A stretch of DNA of 64,000 nt from Candidatus Margulisiibacteriota bacterium (GTDB taxonomy: Bacteria; Margulisbacteria; WOR-1; O2-12-FULL-45-9; XYB2-FULL-48-7): contig JAHJKL010000042.1 in assembly GCA_018822365.1 (NCBI GenBank), forward strand, positions 1,077 to 65,076, in the 5' to 3' direction. Shown here one piece after another: positions 11,268 through 21,354 of this stretch. The first letter of the stretch is position 1. Every line of letters begins with the position of its first letter. A program made the translations under genes and the position numbers. The notes below the pieces were generated by a model. It worked only from the letters and a program-made list of their open reading frames with translations. It was not told the DNA's origin and did not search any database.

Positions 11268-12647
11268 CTAGATCAAGGCCGCTGCTTCCTGCAGGAAAAA
11301 GTCAACTTCTGCCTGGGTGCGTCCTTCTGCGTAAATCCGCAGAAGCGGTTCAGTCCCAGAAGCGCGAAAAAGTATCCAGGCATTGTCTTCAAAGGTGAAT
11401 TTCAAGCCGTCCAGCGTTTCGGTTTTGGCGATCTTCTTACCGGCAAAAACGGCCGGAGGGGACTGTTTTAGTTCTTCAACCTTCTCGGGTCCTTTAGTCG
11501 TGCGGATGTCGTTCCGGTTATAATAGTAATATCCATATTTAACCATTAATTCATCCGCGATCTTCGCGAGAGTTTTTTGTTCTTTGGCCATTAACTCCAG
11601 GAGCATCAGGCCTGCCAATATCCCGTCCCGCTCCGGAATAAAACCATAAATTCCCATCCCGCCGCTTTCCTCTCCACCCAGGACAACCTTTTTTTCCAGC
11701 ATTTCTTTAGCAATATATTTGAAGCCGATCGGCTTCACCTCAAGCGGTACTTTATAGTCGGCGCACATTGAGTCGACCAGGTTGCTGATATTAAATGTCT
11801 TGACCACTGTACCGGTCAGCTTCCGGTTCTCGTGCAAATGCTTGAGCAGAAGGGAAAATATCTTATGAGTGTTAATATATTCGCCGGTCTGGTCAATGCC
11901 GGCAATCCGGTCAGCGTCGCCGTCGAGAACAATGCAAACCGCCGGGCTGGTCAGCCTGGCGCCAAAAGTCTTCATAAAATTGATGGAACTTTGCAAATTA
12001 ACGGCCAGCGGCTCCGGATTGATCCCGCCAAAAGTTGTGTCCCGCTTCCCGCGGATCTCGGTAGCTTTTATCCCCAGCTTCGCGAAATAACCTGCGCCGC
12101 TCCCGTGCATCGGATCAATAACTATTTCGAGGCCCGCTCTGTTGATCGTTTTAATATCAGCCAGTTCCGACAGCTTGGCCAAATATTCCGGGTCAGGGTT
12201 AAATTCAACCAAATTCGCCGAAGACGGGGTAATTTCCAACAGATCGGTCAAATGAGCTTCAACGCCCCGGGTCGTTTCCGGGAAGGCAGAACCGCCAAAA
12301 GCCTCTTTGATCTTAAATCCATTGTAATCCGGAGGATTATGCGATGCGGTTATCATGATCCCGGCAGCTAAGCCGCGGTTTTTAACCGCGTAAGATACGA
12401 CCGGGGAGGGGACAGAATGTTTGGTCAGATAAGCCTTGATCCCGGCGCCGGAAACAACCTCGGCCGCTACCCGGGCAAAGACCTCGGAGTTGGCTCGATT
12501 GTCGTAACCGATCGCGATACCGGAAAGTTCACCTTTTTTTTGCAAATACCTGACCAGGGCCTGGGTCACCAGCTCAACATTGGCTTTGGTAAAATCTTCA
12601 GACATCTTTGCCCGCCAGCCATCGGTCCCAAATTTAATTGTCACCAT
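11268..12647 (-). CDS. Phosphoglucomutase/phosphomannomutase family protein
   Basis: FGTDGWR, TASHNP, DGDADR, GGEESGG and RASGTEP; start moved to MVTIKFG. Confidence 0.93.
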   Translation of the reverse strand: MVTIKFGTDGWRAKMSEDFTKANVELVTQALVRYLQKKGELSGIAIGYDNRANSEVFARVAAEVVSGAGIKAYLTKHSVPSPVVSYAVKNRGLAAGIMITASHNPPDYNGFKIKEAFGGSAFPETTRGVEAHLTDLLEITPSSANLVEFNPDPEYLAKLSELADIKTINRAGLEIVIDPMHGSGAGYFAKLGIKATEIRGKRDTTFGGINPEPLAVNLQSSINFMKTFGARLTSPAVCIVLDGDADRIAGIDQTGEYINTHKIFSLLLKHLHENRKLTGTVVKTFNISNLVDSMCADYKVPLEVKPIGFKYIAKEMLEKKVVLGGEESGGMGIYGFIPERDGILAGLMLLELMAKEQKTLAKIADELMVKYGYYYYNRNDIRTTKGPEKVEELKQSPPAVFAGKKIAKTETLDGLKFTFEDNAWILFRASGTEPLLRIYAEGRTQAEVDFFLQEAAALI

Positions 12648-14619
12648 TGACCTCTTCCGGGGCAGGGTCGCCATCAGGTAATTTCCGGGGAGCAGAAAGT
12701 GATTGAACATCTTCCGGGGCAGGGTCGCCTTCAGGGGGCTCTTCACCTTCGGCATTGATCTTATTTTCCTGGATCACGGTCTCTTCGGGGATCTGCGGCT
12801 TGGGAAAATCAAGCGGAGCCATCTTTGCCAGGGCGACAGTATTATAAGCTTTCCAGATCCGCGGGCAAACCCCGACTTCCGCCACCCCTTTCATCGGAGT
12901 ATTATCGTCATTTCCAACCCAAACACCGGTCACCAGCTGTGGGACAAAACCAATAAACCAGGCATCTTTGAATTCCTGCGATGTCCCGGTCTTGGCGGCG
13001 GCCGGCCTGCCGATGTTTGCCCGATAACCGGTCCCGCGAGAGATCACTCCGCGCATCATGTCGACCATGATCGCCGAGACGTTCGGGTCAAGGACTCGCC
13101 GCTCAATTATCTTGTTTTGATAAAGGACCACTCCATCCCGGTTTTCGATCTTCACGATCGATGCCGGTTCGACCCTGATTCCATTATTGGCCAGGACCCC
13201 GTAAGCCGAGGTCATCTCAAGAAGGGTCACTTCCGATGCGCCTAGCGCCAGGGAAAGGGAAGGCTCCAAATGGCTGGTAATCCCCATTTTTTGAGCAACG
13301 TTGATCGCGTTGGGGATCCCTACGATCTCCAAAAGCTTGATTGCCGGGATATTGAGCGATTTTTCAAGGGCGGTCCTCATGGTCACCGCCCCATGGAACT
13401 TACTGTCAAAATTTTGCGGTGTCCAGGTCCCGTCCGGGTTCCATTTGTTGACCCAGACCTTGAAAGTGGTCGGCGTATCCTGAAGGAGGGTATAAGGCAT
13501 CAATCCCTGTTCGATCGCCGTAGTGTAAACGAACGGTTTAAAAGAAGAGCCTGGCTGGCGTTTGGCCTGGGTCGCCCGGTTAAATTTGCTCTCCAGAAAA
13601 TCGGCCCCCCCAACCATCGCTTTGATGTAACCGGTGGTTGGATCGATAGACATTAATGCTCCCTGGGTAAATTTGAACTTCGGCCCTTCGTTCTTTATAA
13701 ACTCAGTCACCGCTTTTTCTGCGGCAAATTGCATTGAGGTGTCCAGGGTTGTGTAAACGCGGAGGCCGCCATGATAGATCATATCCTGACCGTAAAGGTC
13801 GGTAATCTCCTGCAGGACATGGCTGATAAAGTAGGGGGCGATCTCTCCCCGCATCTTCAGGTTCTGCGGAAAAAAGCTTAGCGTTCCCGCGGCCGCCGCT
13901 TTGGCTTCTTTTTCATCAGCCAGATGATGCTCGATCATCCTGTTCAAGATATCGATCTGCCGAAGCTTGGCCCCTTTTAAGTTGCGATAGGGAGAATAGA
14001 GCTCCGGCCCGCGAATAATTCCGGCGATCATGGCCGATTCCGCCAGGGTCAATTCCGACGCATGTTTGTTAAAATAAAGATTGGCGGCTGATTCTATCCC
14101 GTATGTGTTATGGCCCAGGTAGACCTGATTAAGATACATTTCCAGGATCTCTTCTTTAGTGTAGCGGCGTTCCATCTGAACCGCCAAAACCGCTTCAGCC
14201 AGCTTGCGGGTCAGCGCTTTTTTCTTGGTCAGGAAAAGATTCTTGGCCAACTGCTGGGTTAAAGTGCTCCCCCCCTCAACCACCCGGCCATAAGCAAAGT
14301 TTTTGACCGCCGCCCGGGTGATCCCGAGAAAATCAAGGCCGCGATGATGATAAAAGTTTGGATCTTCAGTCGCGATCACCGCTTTAATAAAGTACGGATT
14401 GATCTTTGAGAGCGGGACCACCTGGCGGTTTTCTTCCTGGTGAAAACGGGCCAGGATCTTGCCGTCGGCCGCGTAGAGGATGGTGCTTTCGCTTGGAACA
14501 TACGAGTTGATCATTCCCACATCAGGAAGCTGCTGCACTATTTGAAGGGAAGCGCCAGAAACCGACGCGATAATAATTAAAAACATGATCAGAACGATCC
14601 GTCCGGGCCGAATTTTCAT
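12634..14619 (-). CDS. Class A penicillin-binding protein (PBP1A family)
   Basis: ED..FY.H.G, GGSTLTQQLAKN, QPGSSFKP, SLN and KTGT. Confidence 0.95.
   Translation of the reverse strand: MKIRPGRIVLIMFLIIIASVSGASLQIVQQLPDVGMINSYVPSESTILYAADGKILARFHQEENRQVVPLSKINPYFIKAVIATEDPNFYHHRGLDFLGITRAAVKNFAYGRVVEGGSTLTQQLAKNLFLTKKKALTRKLAEAVLAVQMERRYTKEEILEMYLNQVYLGHNTYGIESAANLYFNKHASELTLAESAMIAGIIRGPELYSPYRNLKGAKLRQIDILNRMIEHHLADEKEAKAAAAGTLSFFPQNLKMRGEIAPYFISHVLQEITDLYGQDMIYHGGLRVYTTLDTSMQFAAEKAVTEFIKNEGPKFKFTQGALMSIDPTTGYIKAMVGGADFLESKFNRATQAKRQPGSSFKPFVYTTAIEQGLMPYTLLQDTPTTFKVWVNKWNPDGTWTPQNFDSKFHGAVTMRTALEKSLNIPAIKLLEIVGIPNAINVAQKMGITSHLEPSLSLALGASEVTLLEMTSAYGVLANNGIRVEPASIVKIENRDGVVLYQNKIIERRVLDPNVSAIMVDMMRGVISRGTGYRANIGRPAAAKTGTSQEFKDAWFIGFVPQLVTGVWVGNDDNTPMKGVAEVGVCPRIWKAYNTVALAKMAPLDFPKPQIPEETVIQENKINAEGEEPPEGDPAPEDVQSLSAPRKLPDGDPAPEEVNGDN
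12653..12735. repeat. 26-bp direct repeat (12653-12678 and 12710-12735, one mismatch) encoding P(D/E)GDPAPE(E/D) twice
   Basis: TCTTCCGGGGCAGGGTCGCC(A/T)TCAGG read directly. Confidence 0.85.
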
Positions 14620-14685
14620 AATGAAATTATAACATGTTTTGTTTTGCTTGATAAGAAATACTCCCTGTGATATATTTTAGGCATC

Positions 14686-15117
14686 ATGAAGATCCTGGTT
14701 ATCCATGGGCCGAATTTATCTCTGCTGGGTGAGAGGGAAACCGATGTTTACGGCAGGCTGACCCTGGAAGAGATCAACAACTCCCTGCTGGAATCAGCCA
14801 AAAAAGAAGGAGTAGAGCTTGAGATAGTCCAAATGGACAGCGAAGGTGAGATCGTCGAAAAGATCGGCGCCGCGAGAAAACAGTTCCAGGCCCTGCTGAT
14901 CAATCCGGGCGCTTACACACATTATAGTATCGCGATCCGCGATGCGGTCGCCGGAGTAAAGATCCCGACCGTTGAGGTCCATCTCTCCAATATCTACGCC
15001 CGCGAAGAATTCCGCCAGAAATCGGTCATTGCCCCGGTCGCGGTCGGCCAGGTTTCCGGCTTTGGCCTCAACAGCTATCTTCTTGGCCTCAAGGCGGCTA
15101 TCGCCATCGCCAAATGA
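14686..15117 (+). CDS. aroQ: Type II 3-dehydroquinate dehydratase
   Basis: [23 protein letters not shown] and EVHLSNI..REEFR. Confidence 0.97.
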   Translation: MKILVIHGPNLSLLGERETDVYGRLTLEEINNSLLESAKKEGVELEIVQMDSEGEIVEKIGAARKQFQALLINPGAYTHYSIAIRDAVAGVKIPTVEVHLSNIYAREEFRQKSVIAPVAVGQVSGFGLNSYLLGLKAAIAIAK

Positions 15118-15788
15118 ACCCCAACCAACAGCGGGCGGTCGAGATCGCCCGCGAGGTGATGAATAGCCTCCGGATCAAAGCCGGTCAAAGCGAAAAAGAA
15201 ATCTCCGCCCGGATAATAAGTGAAATTAAACGCCGTGGCGCTGAACCATCTTTCCCGGTGATTGTCGCTTCAGGGGTCCGCTCGATCGATCCTCACGCCA
15301 AACCATCTAAAAATAAGATCAAAAACGGCGAGCAGGTCATGGTCGATCTGGGAGCAAAGTACAAAGGGTATTGCTCCGATATCACCAGAATGTTCTTTGT
15401 CGGCAAGCCAACCAAAAAATATCTTCACTATTACAATATAGTAAAAACAGCTCAAAAAATGGCGATCGCGGCTGTTCGGGACGGGGCTTATTGCCGCGAT
15501 ATTGATCTGACCGCCCGTACGTATATTAAAAGGTTATGCTTCAAAGCCTGCCATATCAAGGAAAAGGACTGCCCCGGCGAATGTTTTATTCATACCACCG
15601 GCCATGGGGTTGGGAAAAAGATCCATCAGTCCCCCAGGATCTCTCTAAAAAGCCGGGCAAAATTAAAGTCCGGGATGGTGATCACGGTTGAACCAGGCAT
15701 CTACATTAAGGGGTGGGGAGGGATCAGGATCGAGGACATGGTCCTGGTGACCAACAAGGGTTGCCAGGTTTTAACGAACGACCATTAA
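15114..15788 (+). CDS. M24 Xaa-Pro aminopeptidase, catalytic domain only
   Basis: [25 protein letters not shown] and GIRIED. Confidence 0.9.
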   Translation: MNPNQQRAVEIAREVMNSLRIKAGQSEKEISARIISEIKRRGAEPSFPVIVASGVRSIDPHAKPSKNKIKNGEQVMVDLGAKYKGYCSDITRMFFVGKPTKKYLHYYNIVKTAQKMAIAAVRDGAYCRDIDLTARTYIKRLCFKACHIKEKDCPGECFIHTTGHGVGKKIHQSPRISLKSRAKLKSGMVITVEPGIYIKGWGGIRIEDMVLVTNKGCQVLTNDH

Positions 15789-17273
15789 GGGGATTGGATT
15801 CTTGATTAGCAGATTACTGATCCAGCTCAAAAGAGCCCGCCCATAGCCAATGAATCCCGAGATAAAAGTCCTTTCCATCAGATTGACTTTCGCCAGACCA
15901 AGCCAGGCTGCTGTTGAACGATTGTTCATTTTTATCGCTTGCATGAACATCCCGCGGGCGGTCGCGTAATCTTTGTTCCGAGAATACGCTTCACCCATCA
16001 GCTGCCAGAGAAAAAATGTGCGGTCAGCCGGTTCGATCGAATCAATGTAATTTATTACCTGATCCGGACCGGCCGTAATAGCGGCGTTAAACGCCCGCAT
16101 CGCTTCTTTAGCGTAGCGCAATTTAACCAGGACCTCTCCCAAATAACAATAAGCGTAAGCATTGGTCGGATGTTCATCGATAACTTCATGCAAATAATTC
16201 TTCGCATCGATCAAACGTCCGGACATGATCATGGCCAAAGCTTTGTTGTTGACCGCTTGAAGGTACTGCTTGTTTATAGCTATCGAAATATCAAAACAAC
16301 GGATCGCCTTATCAATATCCCCTTCCCGGTTTCGCTGTATAAATGAAAGGCCGAGGTTGTTAAAAATGATCGGGTCATTCAATCCCCATTTAAGCAGCAA
16401 CTCCAGCATTTCGATCGCTTTGTCCAGGTCCCCCTGATTGGCCCGCCAATACGCTTCGTTCGCATAATGCTTGAATATCCCGATATTATCGCCAACAACA
16501 GTGTCCGGTTTGACCGATAATCTCTCTAGCCTCGCTTCAGCCGGATCAAGACAATAATATTTATTGCCAATCGTAACAATCACATTAGCATGGGTCTCTC
16601 CGCGAACCAGGTTAAGTTCGGCTTTTATCCCGGCGATCCGAAGCATCGAGATCAAAAGATTGCTGAATTCACAGCAGGTCGCCACTCTCTCTTCTTTGGA
16701 AGCGTCGATCAGCTCATGGGGGAGAGGATTGCCGCATTTCTGGCGCAGCTTTTCATCTGCTTTTTCACTGTAAATAACCTCTAATCCTCCTTCCTCTTCA
16801 GCCGCCCCGCGAAAAGTGCAAAAATCGGCTTCGTAGAACGAAGCATTATCCCTGAAACTAGGATTGAGGGTTATCCCTTCGATTTTGATCTGTTTTGTCG
16901 GGTGAACGATTGAACATAAAAATAGAAAAGCTATCTTCAATGGAGCGGCTTGCGGCTCATTTTGGATATATATACGGTAGCGTGACAATAACGAGTGAAC
17001 ATGACTTTGCACCGTTTCATTGGTGATATTATAGGGGTTTTCCAGGCCGTGTTCCGCCATAAAATCGGCGATCGGCTTGTACGCGACAACATTATTTAAA
17101 ACAGATGGGTTAACCACCATCGCGAACATATCCCTGGTTGTGCACTGGGAAGGGCGCAGGCCTTCTAATTGTGGGCCGGCATTAACTCTTTCAACCAGAG
17201 CTCTTCGCACGGTGCTATTGCTCCCGCTCATCAAGCCTCGGCGCATCTCATAAACCGCTGATCTTTGTCCCAT
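15771..17273 (-). CDS. Orphan protein with a transglutaminase-like (Cys-His-Asp) domain and TPR repeats
   Basis: TCCEFSNLLISMLRIAGIKA..THA..LDP; TPR-like helices; AAGGAG RBS. Confidence 0.75.
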   Translation of the reverse strand: MGQRSAVYEMRRGLMSGSNSTVRRALVERVNAGPQLEGLRPSQCTTRDMFAMVVNPSVLNNVVAYKPIADFMAEHGLENPYNITNETVQSHVHSLLSRYRIYIQNEPQAAPLKIAFLFLCSIVHPTKQIKIEGITLNPSFRDNASFYEADFCTFRGAAEEEGGLEVIYSEKADEKLRQKCGNPLPHELIDASKEERVATCCEFSNLLISMLRIAGIKAELNLVRGETHANVIVTIGNKYYCLDPAEARLERLSVKPDTVVGDNIGIFKHYANEAYWRANQGDLDKAIEMLELLLKWGLNDPIIFNNLGLSFIQRNREGDIDKAIRCFDISIAINKQYLQAVNNKALAMIMSGRLIDAKNYLHEVIDEHPTNAYAYCYLGEVLVKLRYAKEAMRAFNAAITAGPDQVINYIDSIEPADRTFFLWQLMGEAYSRNKDYATARGMFMQAIKMNNRSTAAWLGLAKVNLMERTFISGFIGYGRALLSWISNLLIKNPIPLMVVR

Positions 17274-17322
17274 TATTAAGCTCTCCTTGGCTCTATTAAT
17301 GAATAAACCGCTTACATGTATA

Positions 17323-17350
17323 TTATCGTCACTTTATAACAATAATTTCA
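17323..17350 (-). promoter_or_regulatory. Putative sigma-28-like promoter TGAAAT-N16-CGATAA
   Basis: Shared motif with an exact 16-nt spacer. Confidence 0.6.
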
Positions 17351-17411
17351 TTGGGCAGGCGGCTTTTTTCTCCTTTTGACCCTTCTTTTTATGTGATAAA
17401 ATAACTATCTT

Positions 17412-18071
17412 ATGAAAACTATCGCCATTATCGTCGCCGGAGGAAAGGGGAGGCGGATGGGGCAAGACAAGCAATTTTTGCCGCTGGCCGGCCAGCCAAT
17501 GATCGCCTGGAGCCTGGCCGCTTTTGAAAAGAGCAAAGAGGTTGACGGGATCATTCTGGTGGTCGCGAAAAACAATATCGCCAAAGCAAAAAAGCTGAAA
17601 AGCAAAAAATTGCTCGCCATAGTTAAAAGCGGCGCCGAGCGACAGGATTCTGTCAGCAACGGCCTAAATCTTTTGCCTAAAACAGCAGAGATCGTCCTGA
17701 TCCATGACGGGGCCAGGCCGGCGGTCACCCCGGAAAGTATTATCGCTTCGATCAAAACGGCTAAACGCCGCGGAGCGGCAGTGGTGGGGGTCCCGGTAAA
17801 AGATACGATCAAATTGACGAAGGGTCGAATATCCATTATTAAAACATTGGATCGAAAATATCTCTGGGCGGCGCAGACACCGCAAACATTTAAGGCCTCC
17901 TTATTATTGAAAGCTTATGCTAAAATCAAGAAGTTATGCACCGATGATGCCATGGTCATGGAAGCGGCCGGATATCCGGTCGAAATGGTCATGGGAAGTT
18001 ACCAGAACATTAAAGCCACGACCCCGGAAGATTTGGAATATCTGGAGACAGTCCTGGCAAAAAGGAGATAA
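17412..18071 (+). CDS. ispD: 2-C-methyl-D-erythritol 4-phosphate cytidylyltransferase
   Basis: AGGKGRRMG..KQF, RQDSV, IHDGARP, QTPQ and TDD. Confidence 0.96.
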   Translation: MKTIAIIVAGGKGRRMGQDKQFLPLAGQPMIAWSLAAFEKSKEVDGIILVVAKNNIAKAKKLKSKKLLAIVKSGAERQDSVSNGLNLLPKTAEIVLIHDGARPAVTPESIIASIKTAKRRGAAVVGVPVKDTIKLTKGRISIIKTLDRKYLWAAQTPQTFKASLLLKAYAKIKKLCTDDAMVMEAAGYPVEMVMGSYQNIKATTPEDLEYLETVLAKRR

Positions 18072-18072
18072 C

Positions 18073-18546
18073 GTGGATTACCTCGTCACTTGGTTTCTGG
18101 CCCTGTTAAACAACTTCCCTTTTGTCGCCGTGGTGGTTTCCTGGTTCATCGCCCAGTCGCTAAAAGTTTTTTTCTACTGGTATAAAGAGGGGGTTCTTTC
18201 TCTCTGGCACTTTTTTGAAGCGGGAGGGATGCCCTCGGCTCATTCGGCTTCGGTCACCGCCTTGACCCTGGCGATCGCGATGACCCAGGGATTAAACTCT
18301 CCGCTTTTTACCATAGCACTCGTATTTGCCTTGATAGTTATGTACGACGCGACCGGTGTCAGGCGGGCGGCCGGCAAGCAAGCGGAGATCCTGAACAGGG
18401 TTGTTGATGACATCTATTCAAATGGCCGGGTTAAGGTCGAAAAACTAAAAGAGATCCTTGGCCATGAGCCAACCGAAGTTTTTGCCGGGTCCGCTCTGGC
18501 AATCGCTTTAACTCTGGTTACCTATTATGTCTACTTTGCTCGATAA
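18073..18546 (+). CDS. Divergent PAP2 family membrane protein (DUF212-like)
   Basis: GGMPSAHSA, VMYDATGVRR.AG.QA.ILN and LGH.P.EV; GTG start after AAGGAG. Confidence 0.9.
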   Translation: MDYLVTWFLALLNNFPFVAVVVSWFIAQSLKVFFYWYKEGVLSLWHFFEAGGMPSAHSASVTALTLAIAMTQGLNSPLFTIALVFALIVMYDATGVRRAAGKQAEILNRVVDDIYSNGRVKVEKLKEILGHEPTEVFAGSALAIALTLVTYYVYFAR

Positions 18547-20401
18547 AATTAAGTTGCCGGAAGCGCTCCGGGAGCTTTCAACCAAGCAATTAGAAGATCT
18601 CTCCTTGGAAATAAGGCAAAAGATCATTGAGGTTACCTCCCAAAATGGCGGACATGTCGCTCCCAGCCTGGGGGCGGTAGAAATAGCGGTTTCTCTCCAT
18701 GCCTCCCTTAATAGCCCTCAAGACAAGATCATTTGGGACGTCGGGCATCAGGCGTATGCCCACAAGATCCTGACCGGGCGCCTAGCCAGATTCCAAACCC
18801 TGCGCCAGGAAAACGGTCTTTCCGGTTTCCCGAACATTGAAGAGAGCCCCCATGACCCATTTACCGTTGGCCATGCTTCGACCTCTATCTCCCAGGCGGT
18901 CGGGCTGGCGCACGCCCGCGACCTGGCAGGGGAAAAACACCATATTGTGGCGGTGATCGGCGATGGATCGCTCTCCGGCGGCCTCGCCTACGAAGCGATC
19001 AACAACTCGTCGACCCTAAAAAGCAACATGATCGTTATTCTCAACGATAACGAGATGTCGATCTCCAGGAACGTTGGCGCTCTTTCCAATTATTTGACCA
19101 AATTCTCGACCAGCGGCGCTTACGTTGAACTGCGCAACCGGATCGAAGGGATCGTCAAGAAGATCCCGCGGGTCGGGGTTCCCCTTTTTGACGCCGCCAA
19201 GACCTTGAAGGACAGGACCAAACACATTGTCGTCAGCTTCAAGGTCGACGTTATTTTTGAACAGTTGGGTTTCAAATATTTTGGACCGATCGACGGCCAC
19301 AATATTCCGCTGATCATGAGCACCCTTCACCACGCCAAGGATATCCAGGGACCGGTCCTGATCCACGTCATCACTAAAAAAGGGAAGGGGTACCTGCCGG
19401 CCGAAAAAGAGCCGACCCGTTTTCACGGGACTGGACCGTTCGATATTAAAACCGGCGCCGCTCAAAAAAGCGATGGGCCAAAAAGCTATACTGCCGTTTT
19501 TGGCCAGACAATGGTCAAAATGGCCAATGCCGATCCCAGGATCATTGGTGTCACCGCCGCTATGATCGACGGGACCGGTTTTGAAGATTTCTGCCAAAAG
19601 CACCGGTCGCGATTTTTTGACGTTGGTATCGCCGAAGAGCATGCCGTCACTTTTGCCGGAGGGCTGGCCAGGGGGGGATTCAAACCATTTGTCGCCGTCT
19701 ACTCGACTTTTCTGCAACGCGCTTACGACGAGATCGTTCATGACGTCTGCCTGCAAAACCTGCCGGTCGTCTTCGCGATCGACCGGGCCGGGATCGTCGG
19801 CGAGGACGGAGCTACCCACAATGGCATTTTTGATCTGGCCTTTCTCCGCTCGCTTCCAAACATAGCGGTCATGGCCCCTAAAGATGAGAACGAATTCCAG
19901 CAGATGCTTTACAGCGCCAGTCAGGCTAAGGGACCGGTCGCTATCCGTTATCCCCGGGGGAGCGGCATAGGCGTCGATCTGAATAGCGAGTTCAATGAAC
20001 TGCCGATCGGACAGGGAGAGATCGTTTATAAAGGCAAAGGAGAGAAAGGAAAGGTCGTTGTTTTTGCTATCGGTTCAATGGTCTACCCGGCAATTGAAGC
20101 GGCCAGGATCGCCGAAACCGAAGGGAAAAAAGTTACGGTCATTAACGCCCGCTTCGTTAAACCGCTTGACCGTGAACTTATCCTGAAGGAAGCAAAAAAA
20201 GCCGAGAGGATCGTCACCGTTGAAGAAGGGGTCCTGGAAGGGGGCTTTGGTTCCGCCGTCCTGGAATTATTGACCGAAGAGAGGCTGAACAAACCGGTCA
20301 AGCGTCTTGGTTTCCCTTCAAAGTTCATTGAACACGGCAAAAGAGCCGATATCCTTGAAAAATACGGTCTCTCCACGGACAAAATCGCCCGATCTTTATA
20401 G
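18527..20401 (+). CDS. dxs: 1-deoxy-D-xylulose-5-phosphate synthase
   Basis: WDVGHQAY.HKILTGR, GDG...NDN and DRAGIVGEDGATH. Confidence 0.98.
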   Translation: MSTLLDKIKLPEALRELSTKQLEDLSLEIRQKIIEVTSQNGGHVAPSLGAVEIAVSLHASLNSPQDKIIWDVGHQAYAHKILTGRLARFQTLRQENGLSGFPNIEESPHDPFTVGHASTSISQAVGLAHARDLAGEKHHIVAVIGDGSLSGGLAYEAINNSSTLKSNMIVILNDNEMSISRNVGALSNYLTKFSTSGAYVELRNRIEGIVKKIPRVGVPLFDAAKTLKDRTKHIVVSFKVDVIFEQLGFKYFGPIDGHNIPLIMSTLHHAKDIQGPVLIHVITKKGKGYLPAEKEPTRFHGTGPFDIKTGAAQKSDGPKSYTAVFGQTMVKMANADPRIIGVTAAMIDGTGFEDFCQKHRSRFFDVGIAEEHAVTFAGGLARGGFKPFVAVYSTFLQRAYDEIVHDVCLQNLPVVFAIDRAGIVGEDGATHNGIFDLAFLRSLPNIAVMAPKDENEFQQMLYSASQAKGPVAIRYPRGSGIGVDLNSEFNELPIGQGEIVYKGKGEKGKVVVFAIGSMVYPAIEAARIAETEGKKVTVINARFVKPLDRELILKEAKKAERIVTVEEGVLEGGFGSAVLELLTEERLNKPVKRLGFPSKFIEHGKRADILEKYGLSTDKIARSL

Positions 20402-20410
20402 ACCAAAAAC

Positions 20411-20438
20411 TGAAATTTTCCATTTTTTTCATCGAAGA
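20411..20438 (+). promoter_or_regulatory. Putative sigma-28-like promoter TGAAAT-N16-CGAAGA
   Basis: Shared motif 10 nt before the orphan ATG. Confidence 0.55.
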
Positions 20439-20448
20439 CGTTATAGCC

Positions 20449-21333
20449 ATGTCATTTATAAGCAAACCGGTCCCGCCCGCTCTTTTAGGACCAAGGCCTA
20501 ATGGATCTTATCAACAAATAGGGGGAGCCGAAAAAAAACAAACATTATCTCGCCTGCAAAAATTGCGGTTGGATTTCCCGTCTCCTGGAGAACAACTTAC
20601 TCCTGTTGCCAGAAGAAAAATCGATGAAGCCTATGACATTTTTGTATTTGAAAGCGTCTTTGAAAGCAAGCCCCCTTTAATAATGTATTATTTTGCGGCG
20701 CGTATTGCTGAATGCAAGTTTTTTCTTGGTGATACTAAGAAAGCTCTTGATCTGCTAACAATGATTGAAGGAGGGATCAAAGGTCTGCTTAATAATGACG
20801 AACGGAGCGATTTATTGCTTAGAGTTATCGAGATTTATCGCAAAAATAACCTCTTTGATGAGGTGGCTCGCGCGACTGAATTAATTGAAGATCAACATAC
20901 TAAAATTGAAACTCATTTTCAAACCGTTGAGTATTTTGGCTCAAGTGGGGAAATCGTCCTTGCCATCAGAGTAATCAATCAATACATCTGCCCAGCGGCA
21001 GAAAAACAAGAAGACAAGAAAGAAAAAACGGCCATACTACTTACAGCCGCCCGTCTATTAATCAGGTTCAACCTGAAGCTTGATGCTAAAATAATCCTGA
21101 AAAAAGCCGCTGAACATCTAAATGGCATGGATTATTTACCCTTGGAAGAAATCGCTGTTTTACTGGCTAATATTGGGTATTTCGATGATGCAGTTCATTT
21201 ATTAACCGATAATTGGTTTCACGAGTCTATTCTTTCTGGTAAAGGAATTGATCCTACTAGTATCAGGGAAACTATTATTAAAACCAGATTTCCATTGTTT
21301 GCTCAAACCTGGGAGCAGTTTGCCCGCCGCTAG
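20449..21333 (+). CDS. Orphan helical-repeat (TPR-like) protein, 294 aa
   Basis: Long ORF with AT-richer codons filling the dxs-fhs gap. Confidence 0.7.
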   Translation: MSFISKPVPPALLGPRPNGSYQQIGGAEKKQTLSRLQKLRLDFPSPGEQLTPVARRKIDEAYDIFVFESVFESKPPLIMYYFAARIAECKFFLGDTKKALDLLTMIEGGIKGLLNNDERSDLLLRVIEIYRKNNLFDEVARATELIEDQHTKIETHFQTVEYFGSSGEIVLAIRVINQYICPAAEKQEDKKEKTAILLTAARLLIRFNLKLDAKIILKKAAEHLNGMDYLPLEEIAVLLANIGYFDDAVHLLTDNWFHESILSGKGIDPTSIRETIIKTRFPLFAQTWEQFARR

Positions 21334-21354
21334 CTTTCATGTTATATTTTACCT

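Noticed and set aside
12373..12390. CGCGGTTTTTAACCGCG resembling family B arms
   Set aside because: The arms are in the opposite order and lie inside conserved coding sequence; probably chance.
19016..19819. 267-aa antisense ORF and many similar shadow ORFs
   Set aside because: They lie opposite or out of frame to well-supported genes and show no independent motifs.
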